Shown: in pieces, positions 32,873 through 45,157 of the stretch
Layout: every line of letters starts with the position of its first letter
Numbering within the stretch: the first letter of the stretch is position 1
From: Diplonema japonicum
Taxonomy: Eukaryota > Protista > Euglenozoa: Diplonemea
Assembly (NCBI GenBank): GCA_964019335.1
Contig: OZ025671.1
Span: 496,001 to 560,000 of the forward strand
Reading direction: 5' to 3'
DNA: 64,000 nt
Translations under genes and position numbers: made by a program
The notes under the pieces: model-generated
The model's database searches: none
What the model was told of the DNA's origin: nothing
What the model saw: the letters and a program-made list of their open reading frames with translations, nothing else

Positions 32873-35153
32873 CTATGTGTTGAAGAGGGACTTTTCGAAC
32901 TCTGTCGCATATTTCCCCACGCCCTCTTTGGGCGAGTCGTGTGCTGGTGCAGGTGCAACGGGATCACCACCCAAGTACAACCCATAACCACCCGCACCCC
33001 CTAAACTTGGTGCTTCTGCTTGCCTCTCCTTCAACCTCCCACCCAACCCGTAGCCATAGTCATTGTCATTTCTGTCAGAAGGAACGGGTGATATTCTACC
33101 CCCAACCGGTCTTGTCGGCGAGACGGAAGCACTGTGTGTTGTGAAAGGGGAACATATCGCTTCATACCTTCTCAACCCATGGGCCACCGATGAGGTCTTC
33201 GGCTGCACACCTGGTTGCGACCTGTGCTTCTGAGTGTGCTCTGTGAGACGCTGCAAAATCTGTTAGAAAAAAAAAATCTTTTCGTCGTAACATGATTCAT
33301 ACATTCAGCACGTTCTGCCGCTGCCCGTTGGACTTCGAGTGGTCAACTGGGTTGACGAAAGACGGTTGCGGCGGAGCACCAGTTGCCGACATCCCCGACA
33401 AGGCGCCTCCTGGTGTCGGGTTGCCGGGGGGCGGGGGTGATGCTCTTGTTGTAGAGAAGCCCGGGTTGCCAGCTGGGAGGTACCGCTTGATGGGCGACTT
33501 TGAAGTTCCGAGGATAGACAGCTCGTCCTGCCGTGGGCGGCGAGGGGTGCCTGGGGCCGTCAGTGTGCCCACAGCACCACTGCCGTACACCACGTCGTGC
33601 AGACGCTTCTCGAACCCATTGACACCGATGGGCCTTGGGGGGGGCGCACCCGCTGCCATGATGACCCGCTCGTCACCCTCCTCACGTCCCGCGGGGAACA
33701 CCCCGTACACGTTCTTCAAATCGTTGTGCGGGGAAGGCACACGTGGGACGGGCGGCGGGTTCGGGACCTCCGACGGGTACGACGGGTACACAGGGATGCC
33801 CCCCACACCGCTTACAGGTGCAGGCGCTGGTGCTGAAACGGGAGGTGCGGACACTGCATGCGGTGTATAGATGTTCTGGCTCAACGGCTGCGCATTACGG
33901 TAGCTGTTAGGGTCCAATCCGATGGTAACTCTTGTGTTGGGCTGCGTGATGGGGTCGATGGCATCTGACGGCCATGGGTTGACTCCAATGTACTCATTCT
34001 GGGCCTCACCGTACACCGGCTGCTGCATAGACAAAGGGGCGTACTGTCCTGACCCTTGCTGCGTGGAAGGGGGTGCTTGGTTTTGAAATGCAGACGTCGC
34101 AGGCAACGATTGGAGAGGGCTCGGCGGACGGATCGTGGGCTGCCCGGTAGGGTACCCAACCACCTTACCGTCAGGGCCGATCATGGACTGAGGGACAGCT
34201 TGCAGAGGGGCGAGGGTGGGAGAGACACGGTGCGACGACTCGACGCTTTTCTTATGCTTCACAACCATTCTTTGGAACTCACGATTGAGCGCGCAGACAA
34301 GGTACTGGTACTGCACCTTCGTCTTCACCATCCCAGAACGCTGGTATTTTAACAACTGCACTATTTTTTCCACCTCCATTTTTTTTTGAAGCGCGAACAA
34401 CGCGAGACACGCGTGCATGGCGATGAACACACCAGTTCGGCCGACACCCGCCCCGCAATGGACGAGCAAGGGGTGCAACGTGGAGTTAGGAAGCTTCCCG
34501 AGGGTTAAGATGATAGACATCAACCCCAAGGTGTCACGGGGAACACCTTCATCGGGCCACGCAATGTACTGAAACATAGTGATCTCACGTGTCATGCCAT
34601 TATCGAGATTGGTAAGAACAAGATGGCGGGTGATGACATCGTCGGTTTGGGTTGCTTTGACCAGCCGGACGGAGTACGAACGTACAGGGTTCATGATGGA
34701 CTCGGGACGGGATGGCCAGTAGATGGCGCTGTTTTTTTCTGTCGTCAGCATAATGATGTAAGAGACCTGGAATTCTGCTATCATTCTCCAGAAGTCACCG
34801 ATGGTATTATCCATGGGAGCCTGTGTGGCTATGTAGTTGAACGGAATTTCGAAGAGTGACTGGCCGTCGATGTAGTTGGCGTTGATGTAGGTGTTGTCAT
34901 AAGGGCCTATGTGTGACAAAGTGATCTTGGTCTCCTCGTTGGGGAGGACTTGGTCATTTCTGTTCTTATCAGCGTTCGCCGGTTCTGCGCCTGTGGTGAA
35001 CACACCCTCCTGGTCCATCAGCTCGTAGTCAACCTGTTGCAATCTATTAAATTCCGTATCCAGCGGGCTCATTCCCCCCGGCCCCACCGGCTGTAACAGC
35101 GAACTCACATATCGCTTATATTGACCTGCAAATTTCTCTTGCCATTGACTCAT
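32873..35153 (-). CDS. Classical protein tyrosine phosphatase with long Pro-rich tail, 2 exons (745 aa)
   Basis: YINANYI, YIATQAP, DFWRMI, WPD and VHCGAGVGRTG. Intron 33260-33302 joins ORF 32873..33256. Confidence 0.9.
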
Positions 35154-35401
35154 CTTAGAGCATTATTTTTTTTTTTTTTTTTTTTGTTGTAATCGGAGTT
35201 TTGTCACTTCCCCTTTTTTTTTTTTTTTTTTTTTTATTGGTTTGTACAGAAAGAAGAAGATATTAGAAGATTTTTTTTTCCTTTTTTTTGTGTACATGTG
35301 TGTTGGGAGAAAAAGAAGGGGGGGGGGGGGGGAGAATGGAAACGGCGATTTCTTTTCTTTTTAAATACGCAAACCCGCCTTAATAAATTTCTTATTATTA
35401 T

Positions 35402-35457
35402 TTATTTGTACCAAATTGATTTGGCTCCTGGAACTCGGTACGTATACCCGTCACCCT

Positions 35458-35498
<41 letters not shown>

Positions 35499-35697
35499 CC
35501 ATTCTTCCCCTCTACCTTGCACGAGCCATTGCGATAGCCTCTTGCTAGTGTGTTTAAGGCGGTATCTGAGTCTGCTTTGAAGGATTTTTGATAGCAATTT
35601 TTCTGGTCCTGTGTGTTTTGTTCTTTTTTGTTTTCGGTCCTTTTTTTTTTTTTTTTAACACCTTGCTTTCAGCGAAAATCGTAATCGGCAGTGTCAT
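35402..35697 (-). CDS. 60-aa microprotein, 3 exons (35697-35662, 35608-35516, 35455-35402)
   Basis: A-rich leader and ATG; two phase-0 A-rich GT-AG introns. MTLPITIFAESK|DQKNCYQKSFKADSDTALNTLARGYRNGSCK|GDGYTYRVPGAKSIWYK*. Confidence 0.65.
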
Positions 35698-37301
35698 TCT
35701 TTTTCTTTTCTCCCTTCTTCCCCAGGTGTAACAAAAAAAAAAAAAAAAGCTATTTATGGATTACAGTGGAAGAAAATGCATCAAATGAACTTTTGGGTCA
35801 TAGAACAAAAGATAAAAAAAAAAAAAAAAGGTGGGGCACAGGAAAACAAATTCGGGGTGAATCAACAATATAGAAGGGGTTCATTGGGTTCTTCCCCCCC
35901 CCCCCCTCCCTCCCCCTTTTTTTGTTTTAAAAGCAAGAGCCTAAGAGACATAAATTTAAAGTGAGGAAAGAAAGAGAGAGAGAGAAAAAAAAAAGAAAAA
36001 AAAACAGAGGTTAAAAGAAAAGCGGAAGGAGGCATTTCAACTGGTGGAAGAAAAGGAAAAAAAAAAAAAAAAAACTATTTTTGATTCTTTTGTCTGCCAC
36101 TACGAATAATCATAACTGAAAAATCGGCATGAATATCAGCAATAAAAAGATATCAACAAAAAAAAAAAAAAAAAAAACCTCCTTGTTGGTTCTTCTTTTT
36201 TTTTTTTTTCTCCTTCCCCTCTTTTCCTGCATTTCGCCTCGTTGAATTTACTCCTTTCGTCTTTCGTTACTCTTTTTCTTTCTTCCTTTTTCCCTTCTCG
36301 TTGGGAAGGGAATAAAAGAAAGGTGGGTTGGGTAAAAAAAAGGGGGGGGGGGCAGCAAATAAACAAGGGGGAAGAGAGAAAGGGGGGGGGATGCCAAAAA
36401 ACAGTGACACATTGAACAATACAATCTTTTTTTCTTTTCTTTTTTTTTCCTCCCCTCATTCTCTTTTTTTCCCCTTCTTCGAAAAAAAAAAAAAAAAAAA
36501 AAAAAAAAGGAGTCTCCTGTTTTTGTAAACATTGAAAGAAAAAAAAAAAAAAAAACAAAAAAAAAACTATACAGGGGAACACAATTCCATCTCTTTTTCC
36601 TTTTTCTTTTTTCTCCTCAAAGAAAAAAAAAATCTACCCCTCCCAAATAAATAAAAAAGGGAGACAATCGCACTGACTACTTTATTTTTTTTTTCCTTCT
36701 TTTTATTTTTTTCTTTCTTCTTTTTCTTTCTTCTTTTCTTTTTCTCATACTTCAACCAGTTACAACAATTATGTTATTTCTTTTTTTTTTTTCCTCCTCT
36801 GTAAAAGAGGAGTCGTAATTTTCCTTAATGTGTTGAGGAGAGATTGTTATGGCCTTTTTAGCTTTGCAATTCATAACAGTTTCTTTTTTTTTTTGAAAAC
36901 CGCTGTAACTGGTTGTGTATCACTTTTTTCTTTTTCATTTTTGTTTCTCTCTCCTCTCATTTAATCATTTAAACATATACTCCTTTTCTGTCAGCCCCTA
37001 CTATTGGATTTAAAAAAAAAAAAAAAAAAAAAAACTAAAAAGGTGTCTAAACAAGGAAGGTGACGAGAAGTTTAAAAAAAAAAAATGGAGTGGGGGCCGA
37101 AGAGAGGGATGGTGTGGTGAGAACAGAAAAATGGAAAAAAAAAAAGAGAAACGAATTACCATTTACAGTGGGGGGGAAAGTGGGGAGGGGGAAGAAGAAG
37201 GGGGAAGAGACGGAGGGGGGACTTTTTTCTTTTTCTTTCTTTCTTTTTTTTTTTGATTGGTTTCTTTCTTAATGATTTTTTTTTTTCTCCTTTTTTTGCT
37301 C

Positions 37302-37847
37302 TCACTTCCTCTGAATCAGCCTGCAGTCCTTAGGCAGCACAAGAAGACCGTTTTGGGTTGGAGAATGGAAGATTCCTTGACCATCGTGAAGGCCAGGAGC
37401 TGGCGGGGTTCCTTTGATAACCTCTACCACCTCGATCCCAGCTATCCTTCCAGAGTCACCTCTCCCATAGTACTTAATAATCCCTTCACACTGGAAGCCC
37501 TCTGCTTTGTTTGTATACATGATCAAGTCCCCAGTCTCAAAGGGCTTTGTACCATTGCCACTGGGCACGGTGTTCACGGGCAGCTGTCCCCTCTCCTTCA
37601 CTCCAGGTGAAGCAGATACTCCTAAATTATGCACAGCTGACCTTGCAGGTGCAGGGGGTGTTCTGCTTGGCGATGCCGTTCTGTATTGTATTTACCTAGT
37701 CCCCACCCTTGTAGTGCATACGTCAGCCTTGTCCTCCCACCCAGCTTCTTTGGTGGCGTCGTGGTTCGCAAGGCAACAGGTGACCGCGAGGCGCCTGATG
37801 ATGTCGAAGCTGGTGTGTTACGGGTTCTTGCCGACAGTGTGTTTTTA

Positions 37848-37907
<60 letters not shown>

Positions 37908-39580
37908 TAAATAAATACCAGGAGAGTCGGGTCTGACCACTCTGCTTGGAACGCTTCCGTTGACCTTCCCAGACGACGGGCCCTTCGTGACAGGCCGCGG
38001 GCTCAGCGTTCTGGGTTTTGTGGCCGGCGAACCGTAGTTGGAGGAGTCGTGCGAGCGGATGCTGCCCACGACGCCTGGTGACGCGCATCGTGAAGGCGGC
38101 TTCCGCGACACGATCGGGGAGCTGCTTGTCTTGCCTCTTGAAGAGGGCAGCATGTTGCGCTGCGCTGAAGAGGGCGTGATCGACCTCTTTGGTGCCTCCT
38201 TGTGTATCTCCGAAAGCATCTGCGTGGAATGCTTCATCTTATTCCGAAGACCAGCGAAGTCACTTTTTTCCGAGTCTGCCAACCGCTGGGCGAGGTTCTC
38301 GTTCTCGCGTAACGCGTCTTCGAGCTTCCCCTCCATCTCCGACACGCTGAAGGGTTTATTTTAATTTTTTCTTCTCTTTTTTTTTTCCCCCCCCTATCTC
38401 ATACAGAAGACGCAACCGTGAGACAGTCCGGTCCTGTTCCTCGATGGTCGTCGACTGGCGTCGAACGTTGTTGAGCAGCTCGTCACGTTCCTTAATTATT
38501 TTTTTTTTTTTCTTCTTTCGACAAACACACCATCGACTCCCAGTCGGGTGTCGGAGGCTTCACAACAGGCGACGGGTCGTTTGGCTTGGTTGCCCCCTGA
38601 CACCACGGTTCGTTCAAGATGTCCCTGATATCGATCCTGTCCTCAGGCTCCTTCTGCAGCAGTTTCTGAAGAAGCTGCACCGCTTCCTGAGAACAACTCG
38701 TCGGCATCTCGATCTTATCATCGGAGTACAAGATGTCCCTAATCTGCGCTTCGTCCATGTATTTCCCGGTGCTGAAAGGAAACACCCCAGCAAGCATCAC
38801 GTAGAGACAGACACCCAAAGACCACACATCGCTGATGTAATCATCATATCCAATACCTTCAAAATGCCCCCGAAATAGCTCGGGAGCGGCGTATCGCAGT
38901 GTACCCACGAGCTCAGTTGTGAATTCGTCTGGGGTGCATCGAAACGTGGAGCGATGGGTTCGTGCCAAACCGAAATCGGTGAGTTTTAATTCGTACTTGT
39001 CGGAGAGGAGCATGTTCTCGGGCTTTACGTCCCTATGAGACACACCATTGGCGTGGCAGCATATCAAGGCTTCCGTCATCATGATGAAATAAGATTTTGA
39101 GCGCTCTTCAGGTATCCGGTTGTCGTCGCATTCAAGAATGGCATCGCAGAGGTCCCCGTTTGATAGAGACTCGAGGATTACAAGGTATTCGTCAGCTTGA
39201 TCGAGCAAATCGATGAATTTCACGATGTGGCGATGGGTTGGGAGATGCTTCAAAACAGCTACCTCCTGCGTCACTTCATCAGTCCCCAAACGGTAGTGAA
39301 GATCTTCTTTTCGAACAATTTTGCTGACGTACTCTGTCCCCGATATAAGATCGATGGCTGGTTTCACAACAGACCATGCGCCCCTGCCCACGACGGTGTC
39401 CTCTATCCTGTAAGGGCCAATCACAGTTGTCTTCTGTTTCTGTCTAAAATTCGGGCTGCGTTCTCTTCTTGTTTTCACGCTTTTCCATAAGTTTTTTTGG
39501 CTTGGCTGGAAGCTGCGGCTTCGGGCCCCGTTCCTTCTTGGGACTCCTGGGGAGTTCGTTCTCGAGGTTGCACGTGACAT
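37302..39580 (-). CDS. CAMK-group Ser/Thr kinase + coiled coil + C-terminal CAP-Gly-like domain, 5 exons (689 aa)
   Basis: GRGAWS, HRDVKPEN, DFG, APE. Introns 38491-38530, 38347-38404, 37849-37918 and 37681-37721 keep frame. Tail GIIKYYG..IAGIEV..GLHDG..F...NGLLVLP. Confidence 0.8.
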
Positions 39581-39668
39581 TCTCACCCCCTCCCCCTGTC
39601 TTTGTGAAGAGATTTATTAAAAGATGAATTAAAAAAAGAGAGAAAAAAAAAAAGTGGAAGGGGTTTTC

Positions 39669-39806
39669 TCATTCTTTTTTTATTAACTCACCTTCCCCGT
39701 CCAGTCTCATCGCTCCGTTCAGCCACCGTATTGCTGTGCAACTGCTGAATATGCTCCATATACCCAGCAAGACAACTGCGCCAGGTAGTTTTTTTTTAAC
39801 AGTCAT
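39669..39806 (-). CDS. Candidate 45-aa single-TM microprotein
   Basis: Pyrimidine tract-CAG-A-rich leader-ATG context like other gene starts. MTVKKKLPGAVVLLGIWSIFSSCTAIRWLNGAMRLDGEGELIKKE*. Confidence 0.4.
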   Translation of the reverse strand: MTVKKKLPGAVVLLGIWSIFSSCTAIRWLNGAMRLDGEGELIKKE

Positions 39807-39900
39807 TTTTTTCTTCTTTTTTTTTTCCCTTCTTCTTTCGGACTGATGAGGGTCAGTGAGGGAGGGGGCAAGAAGAAAAAAAAAAGAGAGAGAAAAGCAT

Positions 39901-40080
39901 TTACAGTATCCCGTAGTTCTGCGCTTTTTCTTGTTTCACCGCCGACTGCCCCACCACAGCCAACTGCCCTGTGACGTCTACCTCAATCTGGCTGCGGTTC
40001 TGGATCGTCACCTTGCCGGGGTAGTTCAAGGCGAACTTCTTCCCCGGGCCCACATTGACGGTCTCGCTTTTGGAATTCAT
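39901..40080 (-). CDS. Small ORF (59 aa) or terminal exon of the upstream coiled-coil gene
   Basis: Coding-like sequence MNSKSETVNVGPGKKFALNYPGKVTIQN..., preceded by an A tract and CAG. Confidence 0.45.
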   Translation of the reverse strand: MNSKSETVNVGPGKKFALNYPGKVTIQNRSQIEVDVTGQLAVVGQSAVKQEKAQNYGIL

Positions 40081-40280
40081 TCCTCCCCGTGTAACTGGTT
40101 TCCTTTTTTTTTTTTTTTTCTCCTTTTCCTTCTCCCTTGTGTAAATCACCTTTTTTTTTTTTTTTTCTCTTCTTTTTAAATTCTTTTTTACAAAAAATAT
40201 ACGTGAGAATGGAAAAAGGAAAAAAAAAAAAAATAGAAATACAATAGTGGGTATACAACTTTAAAAAAAAAGGAAATTCT

Positions 40281-41489
40281 TTACATAGAATACGGTGATC
40301 GTTGAGGGCTATACAAGTTACCCGTACCAGGGGCAGGGGTGCGTCGGGCAAGAAGGGGTTGTTGTTGTTGTTGTTGTTGCTTTTGAAACTGGGTTTCGTA
40401 TTCGATTGCGGTGCGAACGGCCGAGTTCAGCTCGTCGGTGAGCGATGTGATGTATTGTGTAGAGCAGTTGATGTTCTTCTGGTTCTCCTCCCGTGCGTCA
40501 GCGAGGGCTTCCCGTGTGTTGTGAAGCTCTTCACGTGTTGTGCGCAAGGACTCGGACAGCTCAGCGACGTCCATCGCAGCACATTGCTTGGCCTCCGCCA
40601 TTATTTTTCGCATTTGTTCCACTCTTCTCTCCATCATGCTGCCCTCCCCTCGCAGTGCTTCTTTCTCAGCTACATCATCTTGGTGTGCCTGTGTCAAGGC
40701 TAACATGACTGCTCTCTTTGCTTCAATGTCCATTACGTCATCTTCGTGTTGTTGCTCCAGTGCGCCTACCCTTCCTTGAAGTTTGAGGTTAACGGTGTCA
40801 ACAGCTGCTGTTTCTTTTTTCGTGTACTCGACTTCCTTCTCGAGGTCTCGAACCTTTGTCTCGCTTCTCTCGAGCCGGAGGCCCGCGTCGTGTAGCTCAG
40901 CGGTGAGGGTGGCCACATCCTCCCTCCGTTCCCGGAGTTGGTTCTCATAATTGCGTGTTTTCTCGCTTTGTTCCGCTGCAAGGTTCTGCGCCTCGTCTGC
41001 GAGCTGCTGTTGCAGAGAAAGCCTTTCTTTGAGACTATCTGTTTCTTCTAAATACGCTGCTTCCTTAGCACGGTTGGTGTCGAGTTGCTTCCGAAGGTCT
41101 ATGCATTCCATGCATTGCTGTTCCTGTGCTGTAGTTTCAGAGAGACGCTGCTGCGAGAGGAGATTTGCACGAAGGGCTTCGGTTTCAACATCTCGTTCAC
41201 GCAACCGTTTTTCGCACAGACGCAGCTTGTCGGTTTTTTGTTGCGCGAGCAGCTGCTGCAGGGCGAGGCTTTCACCCAGGCTTTCAAGTTCATTGTCACG
41301 TTCTTTTACTCGTGCGGTGAGAAGGGCTACTTGGGCCATTTCACCTGCCCGTTTGTGTCGCTCGGTTAGTACCCTCCAACAAGCATCTTCACTCTCTTCC
41401 AACCATCGCCGGAGTTCTTTCTGATAAGCAGTTACCTCATTTCTGGCAGTGCTGTGCTTCGTGGTCATGTGGCCATCGTAGTCCGCCAT
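40281..41489 (-). CDS. Coiled-coil protein (~402 aa)
   Basis: E/K/R/Q/L heptad-rich ORF starting MADYDGH. Confidence 0.75.
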   Translation of the reverse strand: MADYDGHMTTKHSTARNEVTAYQKELRRWLEESEDACWRVLTERHKRAGEMAQVALLTARVKERDNELESLGESLALQQLLAQQKTDKLRLCEKRLRERDVETEALRANLLSQQRLSETTAQEQQCMECIDLRKQLDTNRAKEAAYLEETDSLKERLSLQQQLADEAQNLAAEQSEKTRNYENQLRERREDVATLTAELHDAGLRLERSETKVRDLEKEVEYTKKETAAVDTVNLKLQGRVGALEQQHEDDVMDIEAKRAVMLALTQAHQDDVAEKEALRGEGSMMERRVEQMRKIMAEAKQCAAMDVAELSESLRTTREELHNTREALADAREENQKNINCSTQYITSLTDELNSAVRTAIEYETQFQKQQQQQQQPLLARRTPAPGTGNLYSPQRSPYSM

Positions 41490-43113
41490 TCTGGATGATT
41501 TAAAAAAAAAAAAAAAGAAGAAACCATGTTTCAATGTGTTCATTAGAAAAAATATAAAAAAAAAAAAAGAAGGGCCGGGATTGAGAAGAGAGGCAATAGG
41601 GATGGTGTGAAAAGGCGGGGGCAGAGAGGGCTGGAAGGGGGGGGGGGGGGGGGTCGTGCGGGGGGGATCAATAAAAATAAATAAAAAATTTTCTGTGACA
41701 GTGGCAGGTGGTCGGTGGGGGGGGGGGTTTTTTTTTGAAAGATCCCCTTTTTGTGTTTTTTTTTATTTGCTTCCTTTTTTTATTTTTTATTTTTTTATTA
41801 TTTTTTTTTTTATATCTTTTCTTCGACTGACAATCACTATCCCAATAGTGGTATACATTTCTCTTCAATTTTTTTTTTGTCGGCAAGGTGGGTTTTGTGT
41901 GAATGAAAGGGGATGGGACACTAATAAAAAAAAAAAGGAAAAAAAAAAAGAAAGAAAAAACTAATCAAAACAAAATGGTGGTGAATGGTGGCACTAGTGG
42001 GAAACGAAGCTGGATTTTAATCTTTTTTTTTTGATTTGTGGTATCGTGTAACGGTAGCAGCTTTGCAGAAGCTTTCTCCTGTTTGAGGGGGGGGGAGGGG
42101 GGGTGAATGTACTTAGAAGTGGTAAGTAACTTTCCATTATTTTCTCTTTTAATTTTTTGGCACAAAAGAAAGAAAAGGTAAAAAAAAGGGGGGGTTTTTT
42201 TTATAAAAAAAAAAGAGAGAGAAAATTAACTAGAAAGAAAAAAGTAAATTTCCTCTTTTTTTTGTTTATTCTTTTCCCTCCCTCTTCCCTCAGGGGAAAT
42301 GAAATACTTCCTTCTTTTTTTTTTTTTTTTTCGTTCTCATCCCATTCTGGGCCATTAACCCGACTTTAACCCTTATTCTTTTTTTAAATTGTGTTCGATT
42401 CCCTGTTATTTTGTCCCCCCCTAGTTTTCTTTTTTTTATAGTTTTTTCCCCCTCCCCTTTCCAAAAATATTTTTCCTTGCTCGGGTAGGGAATTGAGGAG
42501 GGCTAGACGAGAAGAAAAAAAAAAGAAAAAAAAAAAAAAAAAAAGAGCGCCTGCTTCAATACAGGCGAAGTTGTAGCATCAATCGCACTTCTTTTTTCTT
42601 CTTTTTTCTTCCCCCCCCCCCAGACCAATCCAGAAATAGGGTATTGGGAAATTTGGGTACGGGGCGGCGAGGGGAAACAAAAAAAAAAAAAATATCGTGA
42701 GTAATCGAGGCAAATCACATATGACAGTAATCATGTAGCCCTTCTTCTTCCATACTTTGACTCTGAGAACCATATCAGCTTTGGCCCAAAAACACACCAA
42801 ACAAGATGACGGCACTAAGAGAGAGAGAGAGAGAGAGTGGGGGAGTAAACAAAAAAAGGGGGGTGGGGTAACGAGGGGGTAGCAGGGGAGGGTAAACCGT
42901 AGTGTTCGAACAAGAAACACCACAAACCCGGAGGGCTCGCACGAAGGGAATGGGAAATAAAAGGGGGAAACAAAAAAATAAAAAGATATAAAAAAAGGGG
43001 GTCTTTGTTTTACTTATTTTTTTTTTTTTTTTTGGAATTTACTCCCTGTTTTTTTTTCTCTCCTTCGGTCTTTCCCCCCCCCCCCCCTTTCTTACTCGTT
43101 TCCCATGTGGAGT

Positions 43114-43160
<47 letters not shown>

Positions 43161-44295
43161 GAAAAAATAAAATTTCTTTTGTGCTTTAATGTCAAGAAAG
43201 CAGAACAATGAAGCTGAAAAAGAAGAGAAAAAAAAAAAAGACATTTAAAAAAAGAGAAGTGAGAAATTGATTTTTTTTTTCTTTTTTCAAAAAAAAAAAA
43301 AAAAGGGATAATAGCACAGCCACATAAAGGGGGTGGGATGGGGAACAAAGAGAAAGAGAATAAACGATCACAACTACGAACACAGGCGTATGGGGTGGGT
43401 AGGTGGGCTGCACAGCTTTTTCTTTTTCTTTTTTTCTTGTGTCCTTTTTTTCGTCTCGCTCCTCTTTTTTTATTAATTCATGGACAAAGAACATGTAAAA
43501 ATAAATAAAAGAAATCTTTTTTTTTTTTATAAATATAACAGAGGCAGATCTGAGATATCAAGCCCCTCATTTGGTTTCTGTTTGACATTTTCTTTTTTTT
43601 TTTTGTTACTGTATCTCAATGAAAGGGACTAGAAGACACAAAAAAAAAAAAGAAAAAAAAAAACACTCCTTTTTCCTAAACTGATCCACAAAAAAGAAAA
43701 AAAAGAAAAAAAGAACAGCCTCGATCACCTTATTAAGTTTGACACCCCTAATATTTTAAAATACGGTATTACAGTACTAATTTATTAAGGATTTAAAAAG
43801 AAAAAAATAAGGGGAGCGAAAAAAGGATTGTTCTTTTTTTTTTTTTTTTTTTGGAAAATCTGCTTTTGGAAATAAAAAGGGGGGTGAATAATTTGCAATT
43901 CCTTTTCATTGATTGTTTTGTTTTTTACTTTTTTTTTTTAAACACAGCACTGCAAACCTCTTTAATTTTGTTGCTGGAAAAAAAAAAAACCTTCCCCCGG
44001 AATGGTTTTATTTTCCTGGGGTCATTTTTCCATTAGGGGGGAAAAATCGCTAAGAAAAAAAAAATCCTGGAAAAACCTTATATTCCGAAAAGAGAAGAAA
44101 ACCCAACTGCCTTCTTTTTTTTTTTCTCTCTTTTTTTTTGAACACCCTTTTCGGGAAACAATTAAGAGGCTTACAGTATTTGCATATCTTCTTCAGTTTC
44201 TTATGGGTTCTAGCTGTTTTTTTCCCCCCCCCCTCCTTAACAGCAAGTAAACAAAAAAAAAAAACAAAAAAAAAAAAACAAAAAAAAAACATTAT

Positions 44296-45157
44296 CCCCT
44301 AAACGCCCGGAGCCTATCTACGGTACCCCCCCCATTTTCGTTGTTGCTTTAAATACTCAAAAAAAGGGCAGCATGCAACCATAGGAAGGTGCAAGGAAAG
44401 GGTAAACGGTACTAAAATTTTCAATTCCAGGTGCCAGATTCAGATGAGAACACTTAACTATGTGTGTAAGAGTACTTTTTATGTCCGATTTTGGGGGTCT
44501 TGTCGTGGGGGGTCCGTGGAGTTATGGCTGGGCTAAAAAGGGCAGCATTCAGCCCTATTTGGTGCCCTGAACTCTAGGATTGAGGTCAGTCTGGAGACTT
44601 TTTGGGGCTGTGGGATGAAAAAAGCAACTTGTGAGTTTTTTTTCCAGCTGGGGTAGCATGCAAGGGTAAAAAACACGTTTTGCATAAGGGGGTTTTGCAA
44701 CAGGGGCACCACGTTTGCACCTTCTTCCCGCACCAGGTGAGGTAGCGCTGTATATGTCAACGAATCGGTTTGCTCATTTTCTCAAAAGCCGGGATGGTCA
44801 AATTAGAATTTGTTGTCCAGTAGCTCTTCATGTTCGGTGCCGAGCGTAAACCCATTAACAGGACCAACCCAAGCCAAATTTTGTACTCTGGGATGGAAAG
44901 ATTCAGATTCCGCTGTTTTTTTGAACCGAAACCGTTCGTGGAAGAAACTATGAGCTCAAGTACCGCGTTCATTTTAAGCCAACCCTGCCGGTTTTCAATT
45001 AAAACAAAACTTTTAACGCAAAATGTAGTTCCAAGACAAAATAAACCGCGCAACAATGCCATATTTTGAAGTCCAGGGGCCGTGTTCAAAAAAAAGTACT
45101 TAGCAAAAAAGCAAATTTTGAAATAAGGACAAAAACGTCCGCGCGGGCGTTTAGGGG
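44296..45157 (-). mobile_element. Non-autonomous piggyBac deletion derivative (862 bp), TTAT target duplication
   Basis: TTAT|CCCCTAAACGCCCG ... CGGGCGTTTAGGGG|TTAT. Transposase fragment EYKIWLGLVLLMGLRSAPNMKSYWTT..PAFEKMS. Confidence 0.92.

Noticed and set aside
44296-44303. Telomere-like CCCCTAAA
   Set aside because: Single unit forming part of a piggyBac TIR.
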